Below are positions 1 to 9,978 of a stretch of DNA of 36,478 bases, piece by piece. Source of the DNA: Chrysochromulina tobinii (taxonomy: Eukaryota); NCBI GenBank assembly GCA_001275005.1, contig JWZX01002710.1:1-36478 (forward strand). The letters are read 5' to 3'. Position 1 is the first letter of the stretch. Every line of letters starts with the position of its first letter. A program made the translations under genes and the position numbers. A model generated the notes under the pieces. The model searched no databases and had not been told where the DNA came from. It saw nothing but the letters and a program-made list of their open reading frames with translations.

Positions 1-1
1 A

Positions 2-1081
2 GCCGCAGCGGCAGCCGCCGCCGCCGCCGCCCGGGGTCACCCGTCGGCGCACCCGTCGGCGTACCCGTCGGGGCCGCTGCCGCCGATGGCGCCACTGATG
101 GGAGGCGCGTCCGCGGCGATGGCAGCTTCGGCCGCGGTGCGAGCGGGTGCTGCGGTGGCGGCGGCGCATGCGTCTCCATTGCAGCCGATGCTGTTCCGCT
201 CGAACTCGGCTCCGCAGCCGTCGTCAGGTGCAGCGCTCGTGGGCCGGCGGATCGAGCTGTTTTTTCCGCTGGACGAGGAATGGTACGTGGCGATGGTCAC
301 CGGGTACAGCCATGCGACGGGGCAGCACGAGGTGCGCTATCTGGACGATGGCGCCGTCGAGCGGCTCGACCTCGCCAAGGAGGAGTGGCGTCTCGACATT
401 AGGCTCGAACGAGCGGCGGTCGCTGCAGCGAGCGGTCCTCCCGTCGGCACGGCCGCCAACCAGCAGTCGCCTCTCGGGCTTGTGCTTCCCCCCTCCGGCC
501 TCGGCGGCGCCGGCCTACCCTCGTTTGGGGCCACCGTCTCTACCGGGGCTCCATCCATGTCGGGCGCCGCGGTGGGCGCGGCTGCGAGCGCGGCCGCCGC
601 GATCAAGAACGCCTCCGCTGCCGCGAATGCTGCCGTGTCGCACGCGGGCGCGCTGCAGCAGCAGCAACTGCAGCAACAGCATCAGCAGCAACTGCAGCAA
701 CAGCATCAGCAGCAACTGCAGCAACAGCATCAGCAGCAGCAACTGCAGCAACAACTGCAGCTGCAGCAGTTGCAGATGCTCCAGCACCAGCAGCTGCTCC
801 AGCACCAGCAGCTCCAGCAGCAGCAGCTGTTGCAGCAGCAGCACCACCACCATCAGCAGCAGCAGCAGCAGCAGCAGCACGCTGACGCTATGCGAGTGCT
901 AGCCCCCCAGATGCCTCAACCCACCGCCACGGCGGCGGCACGTGTGGCGACGGCGCAGGTTCTCTCAGTCGGACCGACCCAGCTTTTGATCCCTGCGCTG
1001 GTGCCGGTGGTGGTGCCCAGCGCGCCCGCTCCAGGAGCGACCGCATCGTCGGCGGAGCAGGCGTACGGCGGCATGCGCTGA
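2..1081 (+). CDS. Tudor-domain protein with polyQ tail (5' partial)
   Basis: Frame is open from base 2 (AAAAAAAAAARGHPSAHPSAYPSGPLPPM...). LVGRRIELFFPLDEEWYVAMVTGYSHATGQHEVRYLDDGAVERLDL..EEW matches the Tudor pattern seen in plant PDS5/MSH6-type proteins. Ala-rich and polyQ/H regions follow; stop TGA at 1079-1081. Confidence 0.75.
   Translation, partial: AAAAAAAAAARGHPSAHPSAYPSGPLPPMAPLMGGASAAMAASAAVRAGAAVAAAHASPLQPMLFRSNSAPQPSSGAALVGRRIELFFPLDEEWYVAMVTGYSHATGQHEVRYLDDGAVERLDLAKEEWRLDIRLERAAVAAASGPPVGTAANQQSPLGLVLPPSGLGGAGLPSFGATVSTGAPSMSGAAVGAAASAAAAIKNASAAANAAVSHAGALQQQQLQQQHQQQLQQQHQQQLQQQHQQQQLQQQLQLQQLQMLQHQQLLQHQQLQQQQLLQQQHHHHQQQQQQQQHADAMRVLAPQMPQPTATAAARVATAQVLSVGPTQLLIPALVPVVVPSAPAPGATASSAEQAYGGMR
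656..880 (+). repeat. Coding polyQ tract including three exact 24-nt units (QQQLQQQH)
   Basis: CAGCAGCAACTGCAGCAACAGCAT at 659-682, 683-706 and 707-730, then CAG/CAC runs. Confidence 0.9.
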
Positions 1082-1161
1082 GATATACAACCTCCGGAGA
1101 AAGAGCGAGCGGAGGTATCCGGATCTAGCGAGGGAGGTCTAGAGGCAAGAGGGAATGATTA

Positions 1162-1215
1162 TTGTGGGATGTGGTCCGTCAGCCGCTTTGTGGGGTGTGG
1201 TCCGTCAGCCGCTTT
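1162..1215. repeat. 26-bp tandem duplication
   Basis: TTGTGGG(A/G)TGTGGTCCGTCAGCCGCT at 1162-1187 and 1188-1213, one mismatch. Confidence 0.9.
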
Positions 1216-1490
1216 CCACCAAATGATCAACTCTTGCGATTCCAGTCGTTCCCGCCGGAGCGCGGAGGCGAGGGTTAACAAACCGGGAAAACAATCTACT
1301 ACGGTGCGTTTCGTAATACCAAATACGTCGTATTACCGTATACGCGAAACGTCTTTTATCGTACACGCCCACAGGCTCAGCCCTCACCCTCTCAGGCTCT
1401 GCTTTGTTCTCAACCAGACTTCTGCTCTGCGCAGGCAAAGCATACCCTGCGCCGGCCGCTCTTGCATCCAGGGCCGCTCCTGGTGTGTAG

Positions 1491-2237
1491 TTAGCCGAAA
1501 AGGATCACTTGCTTCTTTGCGTTGAAGTCTGCGAGCGTGATCAAGCCGTCATCAAGCATCTTTTTGTATTCGGCAAGCTGAGAGCGCTGCATCTCGGCGT
1601 TCATCGGTGCACTTACTGCCTGCACGATGATCCCCTTCGTTTGGTTCTCCACTTGCAACGCGCTTTTTGCCGCACGAGCTTGCGTGCTCCCTTTGCCAAA
1701 TGTGACTTCGGCTTCAACCAGGTTGTACTCGGCCTGTGTTATCACACCGGCAGCCAGGTTCGTCTCGGCCACAGTGAGCCTAGCGCGCCTCTCATCTAGA
1801 TGGTCCTTAAAGAGATTTCGATTTCCCTTCCTAGCGCCGTTCGGAGGGTCGCAGAGGTAACTCGGATAGTTCTTGGCAAACAATGCTGTGACTGGCTTTA
1901 TCGTGCACGGCAGTTCAGAGCCGCACCAGCAGCACGAGATGGCCCAAAAGAAATGGTAGACACCGAAGCTGACTGGCATGCACACGCAGCAAAACGGCGC
2001 TAGCGTGTGGATCATTGAGTTCCTTAAAGGCTTGAACTCGGGCTCCACACCGCCACAACATTCGGGCCTTCCGTAGAGCGTGCTCGCCTCGCAGAACGGC
2101 CACATGGCAACGCAGAACGGATTGTCGTAGTATGGCGCCTCGTGGGCTGCGTCGTTGGTGGGGACGACTGGGAAGATGACTCTCGCATACTGGCCAGAGT
2201 CCCGGCCTACAAAAACCTTTGAGACTCTAGCCGGCAT
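1491..2237 (-). CDS. Cys-rich (PLAC8-like?) membrane-associated protein with C-terminal SHOCT domain
   Basis: Probable start ATG 2237 (MPARVSKVF); the longer ORF extension overlaps the next gene. Contains Cys clusters (ECCGG, FCCVC, SCCWC), a hydrophobic segment, a terminal QLAEYKKMLDDGLITLADFNAKKQVIL SHOCT motif, and an upstream SHOCT-like NLAAGVITQAEY. Confidence 0.65.
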   Translation of the reverse strand: MPARVSKVFVGRDSGQYARVIFPVVPTNDAAHEAPYYDNPFCVAMWPFCEASTLYGRPECCGGVEPEFKPLRNSMIHTLAPFCCVCMPVSFGVYHFFWAISCCWCGSELPCTIKPVTALFAKNYPSYLCDPPNGARKGNRNLFKDHLDERRARLTVAETNLAAGVITQAEYNLVEAEVTFGKGSTQARAAKSALQVENQTKGIIVQAVSAPMNAEMQRSQLAEYKKMLDDGLITLADFNAKKQVILFG

Positions 2238-2427
2238 GCTTTCTTGGAGTCTCAATTGGAACCCCAAAACTCCACTGTGAACGAGTGGTGTGAACCAAAC
2301 AAACGCTCGATCCTGCCGACAGGGGTTCACACCTTCGGTCGAGGCCTGCCTCGCCTTTAGCCACACAGCGACTCCTTTTGCGGCGCATCGCAGAGCCTGC
2401 GGCGGCGCAAGAGAGAGCCGGACGGGA

Positions 2428-3285
2428 ATGGACTTGCTCACCTGCGAGCTGTGCCATGTGTCGCTCCCATCGAGCAACATGCTGCTGCACAAGGTGCGCT
2501 GCGGCCGGCCGTCATCTCGCAATCTGACTTCTCGCATTCGTCCGGCGTCTGCACCCTTGTCGGAAGACTCTTTCGCACAAGCAGCAGGCAACCAAAGGCA
2601 GCCATCTTTTACGCGCACAGGATCCTCGGATGTTTACTCTAGCGTCGAGCCAGACGGCAAGCCTCCAGCTGCTCCGTCTACTCGGCCTGATCCAGCCGCC
2701 CTAACCTACGCCGTTCCACCCACTGCAGAACATAGAATGCTGAACACCTACAATGCTGCACATCCGACGACGCCGGCAGCTGGCATGTCGTCCCACGTAC
2801 TGCGCTGCAAGGTTGATTCGGACGTTCAGATGATGCAGATGCTGCACGAGGTGTACCGCTGGGTGCCGGGCGCTGAGCAGGTGCGGCCCACGCCTGCGGT
2901 GCGCGCGCAGAAGGAGTTGCTCATCGCCAACATGGAGACGATGTGGGTGACGCCCGCCGCGTGGGTCTTCCACCAGATCTTTGGCATGCGCACGACGCGC
3001 ATCGCAGGCAAGCGCACCGCCGAGCGGCCGAGCCCAGGGCGCACCGTGTTCGCGGTCAACCCATTCCCATATCAGGTGCCCGACGGAACGCTGCATTGGG
3101 TCCTGTGGATGGCGTCACCTGTGGCGGAGTGGCCAGACGAGCGCATCACCGCCGAGATTGCGCGCGAGGTAGACGAGCGCGGCGGCGGTGAGTTTGTGTG
3201 GTACGCGAACCCGAAGATGAGCATGGGCGATCCGGAGCTGCACCACGTCCAGTGCTTCTGGCGCACAGCCGACGCCGCCCGGTAA
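2428..3285 (+). CDS. C2HC zinc finger + DUF3605 (GIG1/HIT-like) family protein
   Basis: ATG 2428; N-terminal CELC-x11-H-x3-C finger. C-terminal NPFPY..PDGTLHWVLW ... FVWYANPKMS....LHHVQCF resembles the DUF3605 pattern (N.fPY...HxxxW ... wf.N...S...l.HxHv). Confidence 0.65.
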   Translation: MDLLTCELCHVSLPSSNMLLHKVRCGRPSSRNLTSRIRPASAPLSEDSFAQAAGNQRQPSFTRTGSSDVYSSVEPDGKPPAAPSTRPDPAALTYAVPPTAEHRMLNTYNAAHPTTPAAGMSSHVLRCKVDSDVQMMQMLHEVYRWVPGAEQVRPTPAVRAQKELLIANMETMWVTPAAWVFHQIFGMRTTRIAGKRTAERPSPGRTVFAVNPFPYQVPDGTLHWVLWMASPVAEWPDERITAEIAREVDERGGGEFVWYANPKMSMGDPELHHVQCFWRTADAAR

Positions 3286-3879
3286 AACCGAACGTTCCGA
3301 GCCGCGGAGTACAACTTATTACGAACCCAGTCGTGGATTTGTGGACGGACCAGAGCCCGCGCCTCGCCACGATGCGCCATGCGCGGCGCGCGGCGAATGG
3401 CCGTGAACGCGCCACATGCAACTGCTGAAACCCCGAGGTGCTTATGATTCATTCGAGGCGGTCTACTTGAAATATCGACCGCGTTTTCGAACGACCGTTG
3501 TGAAATACCAATACGCTTATGAATATGTGACACAGTTCAAGCCGGTCCGGTCTAAGACCGACCGCACGGTCGCGCACCGTCCACCGAAAACCGCACCGAG
3601 TCTCTTCGAGCCGACTCTCGACTCCCCGCCCCGTCCGGTCTCAGGACAGAGCTAAGGCATCTCAGAGCGCCAGACGGACTGACGGAGACGAAAACCGGGC
3701 GTGACACTCGAACAAGCTTGTCGGCGGGTACGGCGCCGGTGTGGCAGCTGACACCACGCCAGGGCCACAGGGCCCGCTCCGAATCTCAAATCTGCACCGT
3801 TCGCGGGCTGGCGCCACGCGGTCCAGATCGCCTCGCGCTCAATTGTGCATCGTACTCGTGCGCGCCAGCACCGCTCTGC

Positions 3880-4416
3880 TCAGGGCCCACCGCTCTCCTT
3901 GCTGCCATCCGCACGGCTCGCCCCCGGCACAGATGGGGAAGCACGTCCCCGACCCACCTTCGGCTTTCGGGTTGAGCTCTCGCCGCGGCCGCTTTTGCTT
4001 CGGCCGCTCGTCCGCCCGGCAGCGGAGCGCCCACGAGGGCGCCCGCGAGGCCGGTTGGCGTAGAAAGGCGTCGCGTCCTCATTGCGCTCGTATCGCTTCC
4101 CGTGCACTCGCCACATCTCTGCCCACACCTCCTCGCGCACTGCCACGTGGCGCCGCTCAGCGCCGAGCTCACGAGCGAGCTGTGAACTCATCAGTGCGAG
4201 CTTCTTGTCAGCTTCCTTGGCGGTTGAAAGGATGGCGACTCGGCCTGGCTGACCCTGCCGCCCCGTGCGCCCTGCCATGTGAACCAGGGCGTCGGCACTC
4301 GGAGGGATCCCGAGGATGATGACAAGGTCAATCCCAGGCAGGTCCAGACCCCGTGCTCCGCTTGGCGAGGCAACGAACACCCTCGGCCCCTTGCCTGGCG
4401 CCCACGACGACACTCG

Positions 4417-4453
<37 letters not shown>

Positions 4454-5611
4454 TCCACCGATGAGGGATGCCGCAGCGGACCGCCCCGCCACACCATGCG
4501 CGGCCAGCGGTGCGCTCGAATCGAGAACGGCCGCATCCAGGGCGACTGCGTCGAGAGAGCACTGGCGCAGGAGCTGAAGCTCTGTGGGTAGGCTCCGTCC
4601 TGGAGGGATGAAGAGCAGAGGGGCGGCAGCGCCCTCGGCGCGGATCACGTCGTGCACCGCCGCGAGCACGTTGTCCTCTTCGCTCGTCACCACAGTCACG
4701 CTCACGCACGACGGCAACCCGATTGGCCGTCGGCCGACCACACCCCGGCTGTCGCTCTCATCGTCGGCGGCGCCAATTGTCAGGGCCTCCGCGCTGGTTT
4801 CGGACGCCTCGGCAGCGTCGGCGCCGCTGTCACGAATGACCTCAAAGGTGCGCCCGCCACACGTCGTGGCGAGCATCCGTCGCAGCGGCCGCCCCACCGT
4901 CGCTGACGCCGCCATGACCTGCAGCTTCTCCCCACAGAGGGCGCACAGCTGCTCTAGCAAGATGGCCGCCTCCTTGGGCTTCGCCTCGCGCCGCTCCTTG
5001 TCGACCGCTGTGGCGTACCGGCCAAGTGGCATCATCAGCGCATCCGCCTCGTCCAGCACCACCGTGCGCATCGCACGTACCGACGCTTTCGGAAGCCTCG
5101 GCGCGCCATCCACGCCGCGCTCGCCGCCGCTCAGGAGCCGAAGCATCATCGCCGGCGGACCGACGAGTACAGGAGCGCTGTCAGGAAGCTGTTCCACTCC
5201 TGGGGTCAGTGCGATTGCGCTGCCTGCCTGCAGAGTATTCAGAACGCGCGCCACTTGCGCGGCCAGCTCGAGCGTTGGCACCAAGACAATGCCTTGTAGA
5301 CCATCGGCGGCAGCAGTGGAGAGCCGAGCGAGCATGGGAAGCGCGAAGCAGAGCGTCTTGCCCGAGCCCGTCTCAGCGTGAATGATTGCGTCCAAGCCGC
5401 GTAGCGCCGCGTCCAGAGCAGCGCGCTGCAGAGAATTGAGTTCGATGCCGTTGACATCCAGGGCCGAGGATAGACTCTTGGGCAGCAGCGGATGGTGCGC
5501 GCTCATGATGGGTGCAGCGCGGATGCAAGAGGTGTATAAGAGCTGGGACGGCCGGTGGAGGAGCGGTCGTGACAGGGCAAGAGTGAGGACGGCGAGGAGG
5601 CGCGTCGCCAT
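3880..5611 (-). CDS. DEAD-box RNA helicase, probably organelle-targeted; reading frame broken near 4395-4500
   Basis: ATG 5611 MATRLLAVLTLALS (signal-peptide-like). Motifs Q (NSLQ), I (AETGSGKT), Ia (VPTLELAAQ), II (DEAD) and III (SAT) are in ORF 4328..5698. Motifs V (ARGLD) and VI (HMAGRTGR) are in the +1 frame ORF 3880..4536. Confidence 0.85.
4418..4452. repeat. (GCT)n trinucleotide microsatellite
   Basis: About 11 GCT units, lying within the helicase frame-break region. Confidence 0.9.
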
Positions 5612-6021
5612 TGCAATCACCACGAGCACGGCACACCCGCAATCACCGCAATCAAGCCGCGGCGCTCGAGCTCTCTGTAGACAAGTCAAGTACCGCACCT
5701 CTGTAAGCGACCAACACGGCCAACACTCTCAGTCGAAATCGGGGGGTGAGGGTTGCGTGCAAATCCAGATAATAATCCCCACCCTAACCCTTCTATACCG
5801 GGTCACGGCAAGGCGAAGACTTTGGACACGTCTTTTGTCTGACAGCGCGAGTTTACGCCCGAATTTCATACACACAGGGACGCTAGGAACGAGGGTGAAT
5901 CAAATGGACAAAATGGTACAGAAAGCTCAAATGCCGTAGGTGCAAAAAGGCTGCCGTGTATGGTATCGAGACGGGACCGACCACGCCACGTGCGTCGTCA
6001 TGTGACTGCCGTCGCCCGCGT

Positions 6022-7497
6022 TCAGAGCGGCCGCGGCGGGTTACATGGATCGTACGTCATGTTGCTCGTTGGCTGGAGCATGCCGATCACGGTGGTCGCC
6101 GTCGAGAGGACCCCGATGACCGTGCCAAACGCACCGAGCCCAATGACAGCGAGCCTGCCGATGAAGCTGCGGTTGAGCGCCAAGCGGTCGGCGAGCCGCC
6201 ACGCGATCGCGCTCGGGATGAGGAAACAAATGAACGGGGAGCAGATACCGCCCATGAGCGCGAAGACGGTGTTGATGTCGGGCAGCGCCAGCGCCGTGAG
6301 CAGCGTAGAGACGGCGATGGCGAGGGTGAGGAGAACGTGGCGCAACTTGGCCCATCCGCTCATGCCCGCGCCGCGCTCCGTGCCACGCTCGCTGCTCTCG
6401 TGGCCGCCGCCCTGAGCATCCCGCGCCGTATCGAGCACCCACGCCTTCGGATAACACATCATCTCGATGGCGGTGCGTGTGGGGAAGACGTTGATTGGGT
6501 ACGCCATCAGCACGGTGAGCGCGAGGCACCCAAAGGCGGGAAGGATGACGTTCGGCGGGTCAGCCGAGAGCGCGCTCTTGCCCGGATCGAGGAGGCAGTA
6601 GTTGTTCAGGATGTTGCCCTGCGTCGTGTGCGGGAAGTTGGCGTAGCCCGACATCCCAATGAGCACGTAGAACGTGAGTGCGAGGAAGCACGCTCGCACT
6701 GATACGGCGCTCATCGTCTCCGGCGTGCGCGTCTGCAGCTCGTCGTAGAGCGACGGGATGTTCACCTGGCATGTGAACGCGAACAAGATCACCGCCGATG
6801 CCGAGGCGGCCGGGCCGAGATCTTTGCTGATCAGCGCCACGGAGCCGTAGGTGGACTGGGGGGCAGCGGCGGTGTCGATGAGGGAGTGGGTGGTGACGGC
6901 GATGACGAGGTAGGCGAGGCTGGCCTGGCCGATGAGCGACGTAATCTGCAGCGATGAGATGTTCTCGACGAACGAGAGCGGCAGCATCAGGCATGCCCAA
7001 AAGATGATCTGCACTAGGTCACGCGTCAGCCAGGGCATCGCGTTTTTGACTGCGTCGATGCTCAGGACCGGGCTGAGCACGTCGCCTACGGCGATGGTAT
7101 AGGCGACGAGCGTGCCGTACTGGAAGATGATGATCGCGAGCTCGACGGCATGCCCCGTCCAAGTGCCGATGACGAGTCTGGTCATGTCCTCAAACGAATG
7201 GCTCCCTGTGGCGTCGATCGCTGCGATCAGCAGCACAATCGAGAAGTGCGTCGCGACGGCGGTGAAGAGGATGAGCACGCCGAATGGCACCACGCCGAGC
7301 GCGGCCATAGCGGACGGGAGCGATAGGCATCCCGCACCCATGATGGCCGCGCACATATTGATCACCGTTCCCCACACGCTGCCTCTGCTGAACGCAGGAC
7401 ACAGCCGCACGATGAATGATGGCGGTGCGGCCGGCTTGAGCTCGGTGGGCAGCGTGGCCGGGGGTGTCAGCAGCGGCTCCGGAGCGACGTTGATCAT
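6022..7497 (-). CDS. Amino-acid transporter, Aa_trans / SLC38-AVT-like
   Basis: GSVWGTVINMCAAIMGAGCLSLPSAM, SFEDM, LMLPLS, FAFTCQVNIPSLYDEL, GYANF....GNILNNY, VFALMGG; about 11 hydrophobic helices in 491 aa. Confidence 0.93.
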   Translation of the reverse strand: MINVAPEPLLTPPATLPTELKPAAPPSFIVRLCPAFSRGSVWGTVINMCAAIMGAGCLSLPSAMAALGVVPFGVLILFTAVATHFSIVLLIAAIDATGSHSFEDMTRLVIGTWTGHAVELAIIIFQYGTLVAYTIAVGDVLSPVLSIDAVKNAMPWLTRDLVQIIFWACLMLPLSFVENISSLQITSLIGQASLAYLVIAVTTHSLIDTAAAPQSTYGSVALISKDLGPAASASAVILFAFTCQVNIPSLYDELQTRTPETMSAVSVRACFLALTFYVLIGMSGYANFPHTTQGNILNNYCLLDPGKSALSADPPNVILPAFGCLALTVLMAYPINVFPTRTAIEMMCYPKAWVLDTARDAQGGGHESSERGTERGAGMSGWAKLRHVLLTLAIAVSTLLTALALPDINTVFALMGGICSPFICFLIPSAIAWRLADRLALNRSFIGRLAVIGLGAFGTVIGVLSTATTVIGMLQPTSNMTYDPCNPPRPL

Positions 7498-7699
7498 CGC
7501 TGTCCGGTCAGTCGTCGCGCTGGCGCTCGCCCTCCGAGCGATCCCATCTCGAGCGCTTCATGCTGGTGTTTCGGTTGAAAACACCGGGTCGCCGGGTAGG
7601 AATTTTTCCTATCACAAAAGGTCTCACACGGGACACATGGGCGCGCGCGCACTCACACGTACCCGGTACCCCCGGGCCGCCGGCCGCCCGGGTACATGT

Positions 7700-7813
7700 A
7701 CGAGTTCCGGTAAAAAGACACCGGGGGGAGCCGGGACACACACGGGACACACGGGACACGCGGACGCACAAAGGCACACAGACCAATCTCACAACCAGCC
7801 ACGAGTTCCGGTA
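7700..7813. mobile_element. Putative short non-autonomous insertion (88 bp) flanked by 13-bp direct repeat
   Basis: ACGAGTTCCGGTA at 7700-7712 and 7801-7813. The interior has GGGACACAC-type repeats. Confidence 0.4.
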
Positions 7814-7939
7814 CTGTACCGGTGTGTAGAGCGCGTCTGCAGCGCGCATCTTCATTTCGCCGACGTCCGCCTTTGAGCAGGAGGCGTGCGCGGGGAGGCG
7901 CTCTGGGAGAGTTATCAAAAAGTTTCGTTCAAAAAAGTG

Positions 7940-9751
7940 ATGGCTTTTGCCCTGTCACTGCTCCTCTCCGTAGCAGGGACCTTCACGCATGAGGTGGCAC
8001 TGCAATTGGCGCGGAACGAGCATTCACATGGCCGCGAACTCTTGATTAATATCGATGCGAATTGTTTGCGACTCATAGGACAACTCACGGGAGGTGGGGG
8101 CGCCCCGATGGACTATACGGCTTTGGCAAATTGTGCTTGCTCCAACAGAGCCCTTGTGTTGCCAATCCTCATCGGTCAATTCCAACAGTCGCAAAATCTT
8201 ACCGATGCGCAAATGCACGCCATTCCTTTCGACATTATGTTTACCTGCGCCTGCGCGAACAGGCAGCTCATGACCGACCATATTGTTGGACCGATCATTG
8301 CGGCGGCGCTGAACAACTCTGTAATTCCGCGAGCGATGCTCTATCCCGCCATCCCCATCCTGATGAGCCCGGCCCATTTGTGCTCGACGCAGTGCAAGCT
8401 TGCGATGACGCGGTTCTTTGAGGCGCTCCCATCCTTGGATCCTTTCTTCCTTTCATCGGTGCCTATGGCGGGGCTTCCATCGGAGCCGTCTCCTGGTGCT
8501 GATCTCTTAGGCCAAATCGTGCTAGCACACATGGTGCAGTCCTCGGAAGCCGCTGTGAATTGCATGTGCCAAGTCGACTGGACTACCGTCATGAGCCTCT
8601 TGCCCGAGGGCGCGCTCCCGGCGCCACCCACGGGTCTGCCCCGGCCGGGGGAGAGCAGCGACTTCTCCACGACCATCTTACCCCTCATTCCGGGCCTCCT
8701 TGCGGCAGGCAACATGTGCGGTGATGTGTGCCGGCCGGTGCTCTCAAAAATCGTCGCGATCACACTCCACGATCTCATGTACCCTGGCGCTCAGATTGAT
8801 GGCAACTCCGGGTGCTTGAATCCAATTACGCTCGATGGCTGTGTGGGCAACTGCGCCTCGCGTGCGCAGTGCGGGAGCCAATGCCCCCACCCCCAGTGTT
8901 CGCCGCCATTCTCCGTCGACCAGGTCGAGCCTCTGGTTGGAACGTGCCTCTGCGACAGCGGCGTCGACCTGTTGGGAGAGTACGCGAGCGTCCTGATGCT
9001 TTGGGCAAGCTTGAACATGCCCGGTGCCGATGTGACGACGTACGCGCAGGTCGCGGAGTCCCATGCGAGTACGTTGAGGCTCTGCACGGCACCCGCTTGC
9101 AACGCACTGTCGACGGGGCTCCTTCAGGGCCTTCCCTACCCCCCTACCTACATGTGCACCCACGACTCGGCCCAGGAGTGCATCAGCCGCTGCGCAAACT
9201 ACGCGTGCACCAACAGCAGTGTCGCCCATGATGGCACCGACACCACAGGACGCCCATGTTCGGAGTTCTGCACGCCGCAGTGCAACTTCGGACTGCGGAG
9301 GGGGGGGGCAGCAATCCCGCAGTTTGCCTTTGCGTGTGACACGGTGAACCATTGCGCTGGGCGCACGGCGTTTCCTCATCAGATCCGACCCGGTGCCGAC
9401 GTATCGTTCGCGAGTGACCCGGAGCCGACATCGCTTCCACCCTCGCACCCGCCGCCGCCACCGCCCTCGCCCCTTCCCGACGAAGGCATTCCAGTCGTGC
9501 CGCCGCCGGAGAGTGCGCCATCGGTCTCTGCCAACAAGGGCATGGACATCAGCCCCATTGCTGGCGGCGCCGGGGCCAGTTTCCTTCTCCTGGCCTTCCT
9601 CGGGCTGGTATGGAAACGCCGCCAAGAAAATCGTGCGCAGACTGCCAACTCCCAGTCTGGGTACCAGCTGCGCGAGGTTACTCCCGAGGTGGTCACTGGG
9701 GTGGTGGTGGCTACTCCTATGGTGCCCTACCAGAAGATGTCTGACATGTGA
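7940..9751 (+). CDS. Cys-rich single-pass (type I) membrane/surface protein of unknown family
   Basis: ATG 7940 MAFALSLLLSVAGT signal peptide; repeated CxC...LC/MCxxxC modules; Pro-rich stalk; TM IAGGAGASFLLLAFLGLVW then KRR; short cytoplasmic tail. Confidence 0.8.
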   Translation: MAFALSLLLSVAGTFTHEVALQLARNEHSHGRELLINIDANCLRLIGQLTGGGGAPMDYTALANCACSNRALVLPILIGQFQQSQNLTDAQMHAIPFDIMFTCACANRQLMTDHIVGPIIAAALNNSVIPRAMLYPAIPILMSPAHLCSTQCKLAMTRFFEALPSLDPFFLSSVPMAGLPSEPSPGADLLGQIVLAHMVQSSEAAVNCMCQVDWTTVMSLLPEGALPAPPTGLPRPGESSDFSTTILPLIPGLLAAGNMCGDVCRPVLSKIVAITLHDLMYPGAQIDGNSGCLNPITLDGCVGNCASRAQCGSQCPHPQCSPPFSVDQVEPLVGTCLCDSGVDLLGEYASVLMLWASLNMPGADVTTYAQVAESHASTLRLCTAPACNALSTGLLQGLPYPPTYMCTHDSAQECISRCANYACTNSSVAHDGTDTTGRPCSEFCTPQCNFGLRRGGAAIPQFAFACDTVNHCAGRTAFPHQIRPGADVSFASDPEPTSLPPSHPPPPPPSPLPDEGIPVVPPPESAPSVSANKGMDISPIAGGAGASFLLLAFLGLVWKRRQENRAQTANSQSGYQLREVTPEVVTGVVVATPMVPYQKMSDM

Positions 9752-9978
9752 GGGGAGGGCGCCGCAGCTGGGCGGGCGTCGCGCCGCCGCATCTCCACTT
9801 CTCCAGTTGTAATGTGGTCATGACACTGGGTTATCGGTGTGTCGTCTGTGTGTCGCGGGGCGAGAGGGGCGCACGACACACCGCGCCTTGCAACACCGCC
9901 GCCCCCCTCCCAGCCCCCTCCCCCGCCCACATCACACATCTGGCGCAGCGCGGTGTCGGGAACGGCGGCGTGTCGTGT

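Noticed and set aside
2238..2618. N-terminal extensions of ORFs 1491..2618 and 2290..3285 implying overlapping genes
   Set aside because: Downstream ATGs at 2237 and 2428 give non-overlapping divergent genes, and the extensions are not domain-like.
3452..3564. Hairpins GCGGTC/GACCGC and CGGTC-TAA-GACCG as an ncRNA or tRNA
   Set aside because: Stems are short, and no tRNA cloverleaf, snoRNA box pair or snRNA motif could be supported.
5779..5792. CCCTAACCCT telomere-like motif
   Set aside because: Fewer than two units; expected by chance.
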